NCBI GenBank assembly: GCA_040954595.2
Contig: CM082577.2
Location: forward strand, 13,647,903-13,711,902
DNA length: 64,000 bases
Source: Balanoglossus misakiensis
Lineage: Eukaryota; Animalia; Hemichordata
Reading direction: 5' to 3'
Shown here: positions 26,754-40,609 of the stretch, piece by piece
How the letters are laid out: each line of letters begins with the position of its first letter
Numbering within the stretch: the stretch's first letter is position 1
Notes under the pieces: model-generated
Seen by the model: only the letters and a program-made list of their open reading frames with translations
Told to the model about the DNA's origin: nothing
Database searches by the model: none
Translations under genes and position numbers: made by a program

Positions 26754-28740
26754 TTATAACTTCGAACCAACTTGTCCTTCAGGTTCTTTGAAGTTGACAA
26801 GCCATCGAAGGGAGGCGTGGCCTGTTCGAAGTGTGAAGGGCTGACAGTATAAATATGGGCGAAAGTGTTTCATGAAGTGGACAGCTGCGAGTAATTCTTT
26901 CCGCGTAACACAGTAGTTCCGCTCGGCTTTCGATAGACTCCGGCTGGCAAAGCTGATGTCTCGTTCAACGCCGTTTTCGATTTGTGAGAGGACGCCGCCT
27001 ATCCCAAACTTGCTGGCGTCGGTGTCGAGGATAAGGGGAGCACCGGGGATTGGGTAGGCTAACACGGGCGCACTTATGAGCTTTCCTTTGAGTGTTGAAG
27101 GCGCAGTGGCATTCGTTGTCCCAGAAGAAGGGTTGGTTTTTCTCGGTCAGCCTAGTAAGGGGTCTCGCGATGATCGAAAAGTTGGGGACGAAACGGCGAT
27201 AGTAAGACGCAAGGCCTAAAAACGCGCGAACTTCATGCACGTTTGTCGGTGTGGGCCAAAACTTGACGGCTTCGACCTTTTGGGCACTCGTTTCGATTCC
27301 GGCGGCGGAAACGCGATTGCCTAAATAGTCGACTTGTTTCTGAAACAATTTGCATTTACTGGGTTTCAACTTTAAGCCCGCTGTCTGCAAACGATGGAAT
27401 ACCATGTCCAGTCGTTCTAACATTTGGTCGAGGGAAGAGGCGAAAACGATTGTAACCCTGCCAGTGCGTACTCCATCAGACGTTGAAAAGTAGCCGGCGC
27501 GTTGCAAAGTCCGATCGGCATCACCTTCCACTGAAACAGGCCGTTCCAAGTTGTGAAGGCAGTCTTTTCTTTGGCATCGTCGTCGAGTGCCACCTGCCAA
27601 AAGCCACTGGTGAGGTCGAGCGTTGTGAACCAGCAAGCTCCGGCAAGTGCGTTAACACTGTCTTCGATTCGTGGTATAGCGTATGCGTCCTTTTTCGTGA
27701 TGTCGTTAAGACGGCGGTAGTCCACACAGAACCGAGAGCTACCGTACGATTTACGCACCAGAACGATCGGAGCAGCCCAGGGACTGTGAGATGGCTCAAT
27801 TACGTCACTTTGAAGCATCTCACTCACTAATTTGAAATATGATGTTTCGTTATTTTGCTCCGGCCGACATCGCTTTTATCTCTGGAGAAAATATTCTCCC
27901 ATTTGCAGAGAAAGTCGGCAATTTCCCCCGCATTCGATGTTCCCACTGTCTCGAGACTTTCTTTATATATATCTCCCAGATGCGTCGGTTTCGGTATAGG
28001 CGGGGCAGAGAATTCGTCCTTAGGGTTACCAATCGCTGGCTCCACAGGTTGGGGAAGAATTGTTGTATCGGTGCTGGTAGTTACGGCGACCACCGTACCG
28101 CGCCGAATGAAATGGTCTCTTTCGCTGACGTTCAATAATCGCAACGGCACGTTTCTATTGGCGGTACTGACTAAACTCCTTCCGACGACAACTCCGTGTT
28201 TCGCCGCCAGATTACCTCGTGTTGGCTCGACAACACCACAAATACTACATGTGATAGGACGGGATAAATGACCAGCGATCATGCGATGACCGGCAGGCAG
28301 ACGACGTCGTGTGTCACTGACACCCGGGCAGTCAGATTTCCTCCCCGCCTGTCCAACAAGGAGACGTCTCCATCGTGAAATCCCAACGTCAAAGAATGCG
28401 TACGAATTTCTGCCTGAGCCTGTAGTAAGTAGTCGCCCCCCAGAATTACATTTTCACTAATGTCGACAATGAATGCATGCATTTCTGTCGTATCATTACC
28501 CACCGAAATATTGAAATCGGCCTCCCCGTAAAGAAAAAGACGTGTAGACCCATCGGCCATGGACGGTTGAATAGTTGACGGGGCTAGCGGAGGGCGACGA
28601 GATTCCGGTACCCTATTATATACTTGCTTTGAAATTATTGTGATTTCCGACCCGCTATCAATGAAGGAACAAACGTGTAACACATTGATTCGAGTCATTA
28701 CGTAGAACGACGGTCGCAAATTCTGAATAAAACCATTGTC
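26754..28740 (-). pseudogene. Gypsy pol: protease, reverse transcriptase, RNase H (frameshifted; YLDD region deleted)
   Basis: DSGS protease motif; RT motifs in 27417-27827 and 26965-27440; RNase H 26754-27065 (DAS, YCVTRKELLA). Confidence 0.9.
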
Positions 28741-28793
28741 GTCATTCTGTCGTTTATTGGAACTGGGGGAAAAAGGGGGTCGATGGTGGGGTC

Positions 28794-29610
28794 TTACAAA
28801 TTTCGGGGGCGGGGCTGCATACCGTTGTCCGACCTCGCGTTGCCCCTGTCGTTTGGTCGGCTGTCGTTTGCCCCGTCCTGACGATGGGGGCAAGATCGGC
28901 GCAAATGTCCCCTTTCTCCGCAGAGAAAACATTCGCCCCGCTGATACCTTCTCTGTGTTTCATCGCTCCAAGAATCATGACGGTAAGGAGGTCGGTCCCA
29001 TGATGTCCGTTCGTTCCGGACACGCAGGACCGAGCCGTTGTAGGATGTACTTTCGTCGACGTTATGATCAGTTTGTTGAATGCGTCGAGACAAGGGGCGG
29101 CGGCGATTTGCTCTGTCGTCCTCAGCTAGGAAATAGGCCTCCAGGGAGATGGCCGTTCGGATCGCGTCGTTCATCGACTTCGGTTGGGAACGGTGCAGAT
29201 CCATGCGCAACATCGGGTCGGTAATGACTGTCTCGAAGTACTGCCTCGCCAATCTGTCTACAGCGGTAGAATCGAGCTCAGGATAGGTGCATTCTGTGAG
29301 CTCTAGGAATTGAGTTTCCGAATTCTGCGAGGGATTCGTCGCGACGGCGACGTCGACTTTGTAGTTGAAACAGAAATTTTTCAGCTTGGCCGACGGTGCT
29401 GTACTGGTTGTCCAATTGTTGAATTAGACGGGCATACGTTACCTTACCATTGTTCTCTAATCGCTTTAACACTTTCTGGGGAGGGCCATGCAGTAAGGCT
29501 GCTAGAAACTGACCTTTTTGTGCTTCATTCCAGCCATTAAGCAAAGAACAATATTGGAAATGGGATTTGTAATCTTCCCATGATATTATTCCGTCAAATC
29601 GGTCGGGCAT
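28794..29610 (-). pseudogene. Gypsy gag with CCHC zinc knuckle
   Basis: ORFs 29278-29610 and 28794-29252; CFLCGERGHLRRSC. Confidence 0.9.
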
Positions 29611-30619
29611 AACCAGTGGGCGGTGAGGGGGGGGGGGCGTATCCCATACGGTCCTTGAGGGTGAGGTGTGCCGTTCACATTCATTTTGTCGTCTAGGCGG
29701 TGATAAAATTTATCTAAAATTGCCTGGCTGCAAGCCAAGAAAATTAACTATATAAATAATTGGCAGCTGTCGCTCAAATTCGTGGTTGCTAACCAACCAA
29801 AGACAAACAGTGAGAACTGAACGTGCGTAGAAATTCGTGCGTAACAGGCTAATCGGTTTTGGCGCGTGTGCCGGCTGAGTAATTAGAGGAACCGCAAAGG
29901 CATTTTGAAACGTACGGGATAATAAAATGGGCCTCGTTAGATGACGAAATCTCTACAGAAGGGCATCGTTGGTTTCGCGGATTTCGATGTCGCTGGCCTT
30001 ATCCTCCGCTGGAAAACCGAGAAATTCTTCATCGTCGTCGTCGTCCAAAAGAAACCTCATAACTTCCGCATTAGCACGGCCGGGATCCATTGTTGTTTTC
30101 AATATATAGGTCGTGTTAAAAGGTTAAAGTGTACACGACGTCAATATTTGTACACTATACAGAGGTCAGCGGGTATGATAATTTTCCTTGACGCATAGGC
30201 GGCAAACAACTTCAAACAATTGTAATTCAAATTTATCCAATGGGAACATACATATTCATTGACGTCAAAGTAAGGTCCCGGATATTAACCACATTATCAT
30301 AATCAAAAGGCGGGTACTTTGCATGATATCCCGGATGGAATTTCCCAAAGCCGGAAGAAGGAAATCTCGGGCGGATATGGGCGCTCTGGACAGCAGCAGC
30401 AGCGCATGTCGGGCGTTTGGGGCGCTCTGGGCAGCAAATGGGGTAAATTAAAGGGAAGGGGTCGTCGCACCGCGAGGGTGTTCCCACTGCAGTCGCCACG
30501 ACCTACTAGGATCTTCAGTTGCTGCCATGCCCAGTCTACACTACAGTTGGCTGCTTCGTTCATTCTAAGAATGATCTAATTTGTTGTGGATAAATTGTAA
30601 TGTTTATAAACAAACCCCT

Positions 30620-31135
30620 TCACTTTAAAATATCAAGTATGGTATTTCTTTCCTGCCTCTCCAGTTTACATCTCTCTTTCTGGTCTCTCCGCTCCATTTC
30701 TAGTCGTTGCCTGTCCAACTCCAAGCGTTGCTTCTCAAGAATCAACTCCTCTTTCTTGAGTGAAATTTCTTGTCTCCTCAACTCAGCATCACTTTCATGT
30801 TTCTCTTTCAAATATGAAAGGACATTTTGTGATGCTGCAGTTGAAGAGAGACAGGCATGCTTTTTTTTCTGAGGCAGCCTCTCATCATCATTACCACTGT
30901 TGTTATTTTCAGTTCCTGGAATATTTTATCTGAATGATAGACAATGATTTTTGAAACTTTTCTACTCAGTTATAAATATATATACAAAAATTAAATGACC
31001 TCAACAAATGAGCACTTCAAAACCTTCTCAATCCCATTGTTTCCTGGATAAAAAAACTGCCCTATATTTTTTTCCACTAAGAAAACAAGGAAATCATGAG
31101 TGATTTATGATTTCATGCACACTATTTGAATAAAA
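30620..31135 (-). repeat. Second copy of the Harbinger accessory exon and intron (direct repeat of ~22613-23130)
   Basis: High identity by eye (tttctctttcaaatatgaaaggacattttgtgatgctgcagttgaagagag...). Confidence 0.85.
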
Positions 31136-32339
31136 TCAGTTTTTCATCATTTGCCAACTTACTTACTCTATATCTGTAAGGCATGTTATAGTAAACGTAC
31201 AATTATTCTTTTGTCTTTTGTTTTGTTTAACTGCAACCATTGTAAATCTATTGTTCTATAGTTGTGACTTTATAACTCAACTTATATCACATATATAATA
31301 AAATAAATTGACTCTTGCCCTCCCAAACAAAACTCACCACTTGCCTTCAATTTTTTCCATAGCTCTTTTTCTTATTTTTTCCCTTTTCTTTATCTTCTGT
31401 GTTTCTCGGTGTCTGAAATATATGATGGAAGACAGTTTTATCTTCTTCCAGTTCGTTTATTTCTTGCAACAGTTGTTCTTTTTCGTTGTATTCTTCCCCA
31501 AACCTGTCAAATGAACACCATATTTATTAAAAGAACGCACCCGCCAGACCAGTGGGTCCCCAGTGTTTGGAGGCACCTCAATGAATCAATGAGTCAGGAT
31601 GTTTTGTATGGGGTTGGCACCTGCCCTAGGAAATGAGGACGTTAACTAACAATTCTACAGGAAGAGGGTTGAGTTGCTATTTGAAAGTCTCTAAGACACA
31701 AGCTTTTAAACACAATTGAAGTGCATGAATTATGCCGGCGAGGGATTATAACCAATTAAAAATGACTTACCAAGTGAACGATGTGGACTTTCATTGTATA
31801 TTCTAGCATATATAGGCAGATTTGAACCCCATGTTCCACATTCAGCATGTAGAAGATCATACTGTATTCTGTCTTTGACAGTATGGTGTTATATTTCATC
31901 CTATAAAATAAAGGAAAAAAGTTAAAGTTTAAATCATCAAAACCAAAAGTATATTGTATTCTTTTAAAATACTGTTCCATCTTCAGCACATTTAATATTA
32001 TTGGTCAGAATCAACAGAGGAATACAAATTTTAATTCTAACTGCTATAATGTTCAATCAACAGCATACTAACTAACATTCACTTGCTCTCTTGCAACAAA
32101 AACAAAGTTAAGCGTCAAAAACCCAGTCCGAAAAACAAACAAATTTTTGAAATGCTAAACATCTATGTTTCAATTTTCTAGTTGTAACGATGTGTTAATG
32201 TTTAGTGTAGATGCTATGAATGTGACTTGGAGATTGAAAGGGGGTACGTTCTCATGTCCTTTCACTTTGGACACAACTGCACACATGATTCTAGCAAGGT
32301 CTGAGCTCACATATTAGCAATTATTATACACCTACTGCT

Positions 32340-32995
32340 GTAACCTATGGAGTTCCGTGATATAATAATTCGCGGTATCACCGTACAATAATTATTCAAA
32401 TGAGGACGCGGAGTCCCATAACCCACAGGGTTATTGGACGCATTGTGACTTTGACCTCACAGGACTGGTGATCAATGTAAACAATGATGATATTAACCCT
32501 ACTCTGACAAAAATGTATATAAAAAGTACGCAGCCGTTATTAAACAAAATTATTGGTGACCCAAGATGCGAAATAAGTCAAAATCCACGCTGAAATTTCA
32601 GTCGAAGGAATCTGTGAACGAACAGGCGAGCGCGTTCATTTCAAGTTCCAGAACGAGCTCAGCGCAAGCAGCGTAGAACGTCGCGCGCGAGACGTCGGCA
32701 GCTCGACACTAGCATCACCTGATGCGCGAGGTCAAGGCGCGTTCGATATGCAAATTACATCATGGCGGTGTCTGAAATCTAGAAAGTCCGATAGCGGCCT
32801 ATTTATTCTTTATCGTTCATCAAGGACGTCCGGAAAAGGTGTATAATAATAAGGTTATTCACAAAATACCGGGATTTATGTCCTCGTACATCGTACGCTT
32901 CGGTATTGTCCTCGACGCTGCGCGTCTCGGACAATACCTGCGCTGCACGATGTACTCGGACATAAATCCCGGTATTTTGTGAATAACCTTATAAT
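32340..32995 (-). mobile_element. Crypton-like non-autonomous element with terminal hairpin 32849-32992
   Basis: Palindrome ataaggttattcacaaaataccggg...cccggtattttgtgaataaccttat; CpG-rich body; same outer arm as 52581-52709. Left boundary approximate. Confidence 0.55.
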
Positions 32996-33034
32996 ACATA
33001 GTTGTTAACTCACATCCTCTGTAACACAACTAAG

Positions 33035-33955
33035 AAATTACCAAAGCCCATGCATACAAAGCATGACTACAAAGAAATGTAAACCTATAGTGTCAGCTAC
33101 TGGACTCCTTCTCTTTCTACCATCATGTTCAATTTAACTACATATATTGGGAAGCATATTGGCTTATACTAGCATGCATTATGTATCTAGTGTACTGCTT
33201 ATATCCATCTCATTTTCCTACCTTCCCTTGACTTTGTGGATGGTGTGCACGCCCATGAACTAGTCGTGTCCCTAAACTGGAACAAAGCAGTCTAACAACA
33301 CCTATTCAGACCCTTGGTACGACTGCAATATATTTCATGAATTTGTTTGGCAACAGTCAATGAAGATCTGTCAGGTACTACCCGAAGCCAGAGGAAGCCT
33401 GTAAAGACATCAATAATGCTTACTATATACACGTACTGAAACTCTTTGTTATCCATTTCACAGGGATTGTTGGAGAAATCAATGAGATCTATTTGGTGGT
33501 GTTACATGGGCCTATCGACTTTGACACTTATCGTGGGGGCTTTGTTCTCAAAGCTCGGTTTCAGTTGACAGGATTCGGAGTTTTGATTTAATATGCTCCG
33601 TATCATCCTGGTATCCACTCCCCTATGCCACTGTAGTGTTCATCCATTAATGATGATATCTTTCTGGAGCCTCCTCCTTTAGTGTCCTCACTGTACCTCA
33701 ATACATATTTGCCAATTTCTCCAGTATGGAGTAGAATTAGACAACCATGTACAATCCTTTTACATTCCTGTCCTAGGACTGGATCATACATTATCTGTAT
33801 TCCTACTTTGTACCTAGAAATTCTTTGGCAGGCCTGATGTTCCCTGCGGCGTCTCTGGCTGACAGGAATAAGTGAAGAACGCTTAAGCAGTTTAATTATC
33901 ATTGAGTAGAAAGCCTTTCCTATTTGTGGGGCTCTGTTACGAGTGTGAGTCTAGA
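33035..33955 (-). pseudogene. Degenerate copy of a Ginger/GIN-like DDE integrase
   Basis: Aligns with 35710-36665; stops and deletions. Confidence 0.75.
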
Positions 33956-35039
33956 ATTAAAATGAAAAATGATTGTCCATACCTCTGAGGCAAAGTGTGA
34001 GTCAAACACAAACTCCATAAGAATGTCATCCTCACAATGAATGTAGGGAATATTGCCTACTATGTCAGGAATGACAGCATCTGTCAACCCAGTCATTACT
34101 ATTGCTGAAATTAAACCCCCAGACAGTGAATCTCTATATGTTGTCAATTCTTGTTCGATGATCTGTTTTTGTTCTTCAGTAACACTATTAATTAGGCACT
34201 CCTGTTGTTCAGCATCCTAAGCAGATGCACACAGTTTGTTATTGGTAAGTCTCTCTGGGATCAAACCAGGACGTATAGGGTATTCTCCACAATCACATCC
34301 TCCATGCTGTCGACCCAGAGGAAAATAAGGTAACTCAATGTCTGTTGTTCAGCTGTAGTCTAGTTCAGCAGGGTGACCCATTTGACATATTGCCACAGTG
34401 AGGGAGGGTGGGAATATCACATTCTCAGGGAACAAAAATATTCCAGGCGGACATGGGTTAAAAAAATCGGCCACATATTGTCTGACTTAAACAATAGTAG
34501 GCCTTAGTCTCGGTTACCCAGACGCCTTTGCTTCTTCCGCTGCTCTCCAGGAAAAGGGTCTGGGGAAATACTATTCATCGGTTTGTAAAACAAAATGGCC
34601 GATGTCAGGATTTCGATCATCCTCTGATTGGTTGAGCTGTCAGTAAGACCCGGATCACTGCAACTCGACCAAAATGGCGACACACAGCAAAACTTTGACA
34701 CTGCAATTGAAGCGTCTTTGACCTTGTACGATATACGAAAGATCATACACGTTGAAGGTAGGAATTTCTCGATCTTTTAAGGTCCCTTTGCCAGATAATT
34801 TCATCCTATCGTCGCACTTGAACTCAGTTGCAAGGCAGAGAAAACAGTGTCAATCACGGTGTATCTGACACACTATGCACTACTGTTCAGATTTATTTAA
34901 AAATTCTTCAATGTGACCCTTTCAGCTATTTCATGAACATATTTTTTAGTGTTGATCGTTTGATGCTTAAACTTGAATGATTATTTTTCGTGAGTACACT
35001 GATGATTTTTTATTAATGTTGTTCTGTCATAACTAAGAT

Positions 35040-35440
35040 ACACGTAAGCCAGTGCTGAACGAAGAGAGGACTCATCTCTGAGGTACGGTACTGTATATCC
35101 GCTAGTTGGCATGGTTACTAGCGTTAATTATTTGTTTTGCAGAGAAGACTGCAATACAGTAAGAAGTCCCCACCCTCTTTCAGCTTGGGGTAGTGACTAA
35201 ACAGTGTCTCTTCCACGTGTTGATAGTCACCGTCGATGTTAAAACGTATTTTTTTCATTCCCAGTCTAGTAGACCGGAGTTCTTCCTTTTCCGTGACTGT
35301 GGGCACGTGTTCCCAGTCTGTGTCTGACAAGTAGCAGAATTTATGGGTCCATGTTGGCGTATGCCATGGCCGACTCAGGTGTTTGGTCTTCGTTCTTTTT
35401 TTGCATTGCTAAAAGACGGTCTGCTCTGTTCACGTCTTCT
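35040..35440 (-). pseudogene. G2E3-like (HECT-associated) N-terminal domain fragment, typical transposon cargo
   Basis: WTHKFCYLSDTDWEHVPTVTEKEEL...GMKKIRF...YPKLKEGGDFLL...GYTVPYLRDES pattern. Confidence 0.5.
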
Positions 35441-35874
35441 CGACCCGGAAATTGAAACAGGTTCGGTGTCGGCGGTGCAAGCGAAATTTGCCCGGCTATG
35501 ACTTTGACCTCCAGTCCCGGCGGATCCGCTGGCAGAACGTACACCAGACACAGGATCAGAATTTTGTTTGTGCGTGGAGTCCATGGAAAACTGCTTGCTC
35601 AGTTTGGCAGCTGAACTGGAGCCTGGAGCCCCCATGATGAACGTGTTTTGAAGCTGTATCCCACGTATCGCAGAAATTATCACTATCATCATTTATAATG
35701 AGACAGACATTACCGAAGCCCATGCATACAAAGCTCGACTACAAAGAAATGTAATCCTACTGTCTGCTACTGCGACTCCTTCTCTTTGTACCTTCATGTT
35801 CAATTTAACTATTGGGAAGAATATTGGCCTATACTAGCATGCATAATGTAACTAGTGTACTGCTTATATCCATC

Positions 35875-36516
35875 TCATTTTCCTACCTTCTCTTGACTTT
35901 GTGGATGGTGTGCACGCCCATGAACTAGTCGTGCCCCTAAACTGGAACAAAGAGGTCTAACAACACCGGTAAAGTCAGACCCTTGGTCCGACAGCAAAAT
36001 TGTTGGTGGCCCAAACTCTACATAAATGTCGTGAACTTGTTTGGCAACAGTCAATGAAGATCTGTCAGGTGCTGCCCGAAGCCAGAGGAAGCGTGTTAAG
36101 ACATCAATAATGCTTACTATATACTGAAACTCTTTGTTATCCATTTCACAGAGATTGATGGAGAAATCAATGAGGTCTGTTTGGTGGTGGTACATGGGCC
36201 TATCGGCTTTGACACTTATCGTGGGGGCTTTGTCCTCAAAGTTCGGTTTTAGTTGACAGGAGTTTTGATTTAATATGCTCCGTACCATCCTGGTATCCAC
36301 TCCCCTATGCCACTGTAGTGTTCACCCATTTAATGTTGATATTTTTCTTGAGCCTGCTCCCTTACTTTCCTCACTGTACCTCGATACATATTTGCCAAGT
36401 TCTTCAGTATGGAGTAGAATTAGGCCACAATGTACAATCCTTTCAGTTTCCTGTCCAAAGACTGGGTCATAAATTCTCTGTATTCCTAACTTGTACCTAG
36501 ATATTCTTTGGTACAC
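35875..36516 (-). pseudogene. Ginger2/GIN/KRBA2-like integrase core, frameshifted
   Basis: HHQTDLIDF, YIVSIIDVLTRFLWLR, FGPPTILLSDQGSDF, HGRAHHPQSQ.KV; gtagga donor near 35884. Confidence 0.8.
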
Positions 36517-36669
36517 CTGACGTGCACTGTAGTGAGGAACCTCAGGCCTGAGTTTCTGGGGGTTGATCCAAATATTTACGTATTTCTCTGGCTGACAGGT
36601 AGTTTTATTATAATTGTGTACATGTCTTTTCCTTTTTGTGGGGCTCTGTTACAAGTTTGAGTCTAGAGT

Positions 36670-37500
36670 GTGAGTCTTTCTGTCGATGAATGCGTTGATG
36701 TTTTTAAACGTGAACCTCGCGACAGAATCTCAGACATATGTTGTTGATCTTGTAGAGAGTTTACCGCGTAGTGGTTGACTCTTAGCACGTTCCGATGTCC
36801 TGAGACCTGCATGGGTTTTGTTGGTGGAATTCCGCTGTCATGCATGTAGGCGTCTAATCGTTGTTCGTCTGACGCTGTGGCTGCTTTTTTCTCTTCTATC
36901 CCATTTTTTTGCACATGGTGATCATAATCGAATCTAATTTCGGTTGACGCTTGAACCAGGTAGCAGTTTCCGGACAGGTTTGCTGTTTATTGCCAGATAG
37001 AAATCCGCGTCGTTACTTCGATGATGGAGAGCCTATTGTTTGTACGCGTACCCAGGACATCGAGATGGGTCGCCCGGAATAGCGGAAGCCTTCGTTGGAT
37101 ACGCTCTCGGTTGTTCGCTCACTTTCCCTGATGATCTTGTTTTGTTGTCTCTCTCGTTGAACTCGAGGTATTCAACGTTATCGGCCGTGCGTTTCAAGGC
37201 GATACCCCCCCCCCCCACAACAACTGTCTACCCTCCATGACACCCCCTAAAACCGAAGTGCTTTTGGTTGTTAAGCCACACAGGAAATAACAGCGCTTCA
37301 GGAGTGTCTGTGCCGATGACACCTTTCTCGTAAAGGAGCTCTTCCTCCCGCTCGGTTAGCTCCTCGGCCGCGTTTGGTTTGTTGCCTTTACCTTGGCTTT
37401 TTAACTGGCCACGTTTCGCTTTCATTGTGGCCTGCCACGTAGTAAACTCTTTGTCGCGGCTGATGGAAATTTGTATCCGTGTTCACTGAGATATATCCCT
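36670..37500 (-). pseudogene. CryptonA-type tyrosine recombinase (DUF3504; ZMYM/QRICH1-related) remnant
   Basis: LKSQGKGNKPNAAEELT..EEELLYEKG..G..TPEALL..VW...HFGFRG, EYLEFNER..KTR, RCP, MQVSGHRN...NHY catalytic-end motif; frameshifted. Confidence 0.8.
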
Positions 37501-37789
37501 ATCTATGTTACGCTGGTATTTTGTCAGCGAGTCTGGTTCGTATTCCCAGCCGTCCTCCTGCCTCCCATGGTGCGCATCCGCTTATAGTTAGCTGGTTTAC
37601 AGCACAATTTGTGGACTGCACGGTAAATTTACACAATTTTGAGATTTCAATGATTAGATTATTGAAAACAGATGTACCTAATATTAGACAGAATCACTAG
37701 CCTAAGGTGACCAGGCGTATGCAGAAATGTTATTGTAGTCAATATATTTCTTCCAGATGCATGATATGTTGGCTCACAACAGATTAACA

Positions 37790-38700
37790 CTTTGATGCGC
37801 AACACACAATAAATTATCTGAACAAAAAAATGTTGTCTGCCAAGTAAAGATGACATGGTGTTTATCTAAATAAAACAACAATATTGTTAGGGGGAGAGGG
37901 TTTCCATAACTGACTGAAGCCCCCGCCTTGCCTGGGGCTTTACATGTGGCTCTTGACTATGAAACACATACACTGCTACATTGTTAAAATTCAGACTGAT
38001 TATAAAAACTACATGACCGGTTGCAATTAAAAGTATCTCATTGCTAAGGTACACCATATACACCAAATGAAACTCTTGGCTACAAGTAAAGATGATAGAC
38101 TTTGGTTTAAATCATCAAACATCAATATTGTGTAGGGGTAGAGGGTTTCCGATAACTGACTGAAACTAGACAAAAATCTTTTAAATAGAAAAGATGAGAA
38201 TAAAGGACGGATATTAATAATGTAAAATACTTAAGATCCACTTTCAAAATCAGACATCCCAGTGTGGATGCAATTTATGTACCAAAATAAACTTTCTCTG
38301 AAGTTGAAACTGTAACACGTTAATTGCCTCCAAAGACTTACCTGGGACTATACATGTTGCTATTGACTATGAAACCTTTAAAATAATATAGACTGATTAG
38401 AAAAAGAAAAAAAGACTGACTGCAATGTAAATGAATATAATTACATTAATCATTTTAAAATTATTTCCGTTTGGCCTCAAAAATCAGACATCCCAGTGTG
38501 GATGCATCAGTATCAAAACAAACTTTCCCTGAAGTTGAGACCCCCAGACTTGCCCGGGGATTTACATGTGGCTCTTGACAATGAAACACATACACTGCTA
38601 CATTTTTAGGTACAGACTGAGTAGAAAAAATACATGACTGGTTGCAATTATATTTCCTTTGTCGAAGCAACATATACTCCATGTCAAAATTCACAGCATT
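37790..38700. repeat. Degenerate ~240-bp tandem repeat
   Basis: Recurring gagggtttcc.ataactgactgaa, aaaatcagacatcccagtgtggatgca and tacatgtggctcttgac.atgaaacaca motifs. Confidence 0.6.
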
Positions 38701-40609
38701 TGACGCCTTTGACTGATATGATAAGATTTGATGTCATCTCATCTTATCCGAATGTGTACAATGTGTTCAATTATCATTCCAGGGGATTCTCTTGTATGAT
38801 GATGTAGCTCTCCTGTACGTAAGGCATCATATGACCACCACCTGTTGTAAAAATGAATTACAGCAGTGAAGTAGAACCTCTAACTAGGAAATTAATGCAC
38901 GCATCCATGATAAGACTTCAACACTTTCTTTTGCTGCGTTGCCCTGGTTATGACAACATTGCTCTGGACACACTGGACCAACTCTAGAATACGCGCTACA
39001 TCCATTACAACAGCATATTGCGCCTCGGCATGATTGTGTACTACTAAAATGTCATCATCGTGTACTAAACAGCTAATACATGTAATATTAAATGTCAATG
39101 AATGAGACGATTTGGTGCAAACATGGAACCTACAGAAAAAGTTTGTAATCTTCTATATTGTTTTATAAGGGATTTGACATACCTTACTACTAGTGATATC
39201 AATATTTGTAGAGGTATCTACAGAATCGAAGAACAATGGCAAACTTACCTTGCATCGTCTCTACTCCAACACTTAAGAGGTGATGACGTCAAAGAACGTT
39301 GTAATGTTACTGGCTTCTATATCAGCATTTAAAAAAATCATCTCTTTTTCGGGCAGCGACAAATGAAAATAGACTAAGAAGTAAACAGAAACTGCAGTGA
39401 AATTGGGTTGAAAATATGTAAAACGGTTTAAAAGGATTATTGTGAATCGGGAACTGAATTAGAAACTAAAAAATAAATCAGGAACTGCGGTGAAATTGGT
39501 TGAAACACATTAACAATTGGTGAACCTGTTTGATGAAATCAGTGTGTACAACAGAAAAAACACAACAGGAAAAAACACACGCGAGGATAACCGTTAAAAC
39601 GATCATTCACGATATGCGGAAGTGTGTTCTCTGTCAACAGGTCGAATTTAACTGGCGTACGTGGCCTGTGAAAAAAGCCTTAGAGATTTTTGTTTACGAT
39701 ACAAAATCCAGTGCACGAAATCAGTGGATTTTTAGTTACTGTGGTTACAGTATCGCTGACCGCTGCTTTGCCGTACAAGCGTAGCGGCCTGCCGGGCTGT
39801 AGCTGCCGTATCCATACTCGGACAGGGGGTGTGCACACAATCGTGCGTATTTTAACTGGCAGTGCCTTGTCGGACGTTCATAATGGTTTCGTTCAAAACT
39901 GTGTTTCTGTCCTATAAAGGCCCATAGCAACGGGTAACATGATAAGGGTGCCCCATCTTTAACGACCTGCATATACATGACTTAGTGTATATGAGGTCAC
40001 CAATGATTACCGCGCTCGATTAGACATTGCACATAAGAGATAAACACTAGAATAATAAATTACACAGTATGCTAGTTGCGGGGACACTCCCACCTCTACG
40101 AGAGACGCCATTTTCTTTTCAACAAGTTACACGTACCATTTCGACACTGCCATTTCTGTGGGCCATTCACCTGATGTGGTGTAACCAGGACAGATACACG
40201 TTTTGAAAAGGTAGGAATACCATTCATGTGAGATTATGGTGCCCATTTTAAAGTATCAAAGGCTTCAGTTTACATTGAACGCGGCAGACGTTTTGATAAT
40301 GTTGAAATGTCGCACCCGTGCAGCGTTTGAAGGTCAGGGAACCCCGGTTTGGCATTAACGATCATTAATATACGGTGTCATAGTTTGTGAATCTAATTTA
40401 AGAATTACATATACCATCTTGAACCGCATTTTTTTAAATGCAGATTTTACTAAAAATGAGGAACTCGGCGTAAAGTGGGGGTGACTTATTTATTTACCTG
40501 ACCGGGTGGCTTGTTTTACACCCGAACCGGCCAACAGGCCGCAACAAAAGAAATGGTCAAAGACAGCACACGTACAACATACCATTACCAGTCTATTTAC
40601 AGTGTTAAT

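Larger units (their letters stand above)
23290..29700 (-). mobile_element. Degenerate Ty3/Gypsy retrotransposon (gag-PR-RT-RH-INT plus downstream ORF), LTRs not identifiable
   Basis: gag (MPDRFDG..WEDYKSHF; CFLCGERGHLRRSC), protease (FIDSGSEIT), RT (SPWAAPIVLV, FCVDYRRLN, MPIGLCNAPATFQ), RNase H (LDTDAS), integrase (HSDQGANF, GPY); many frameshifts. Confidence 0.95.

Noticed and set aside
22613-31135. ~520-bp direct repeats flanking the Gypsy element as possible LTRs
   Set aside because: No TG...CA ends, PBS or PPT; they encode a Harbinger accessory exon with intron sequence.
34506-34760. Academ-like terminus (tagtctcgg...ccagac/gtctgg stem) with possible first exon
   Set aside because: No partner TIR, TSD or transposase/helicase motif found; too weak to call.
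38790-39980. Short ORFs suggesting a gene remnant
   Set aside because: No motif recognised and no coherent splice structure.
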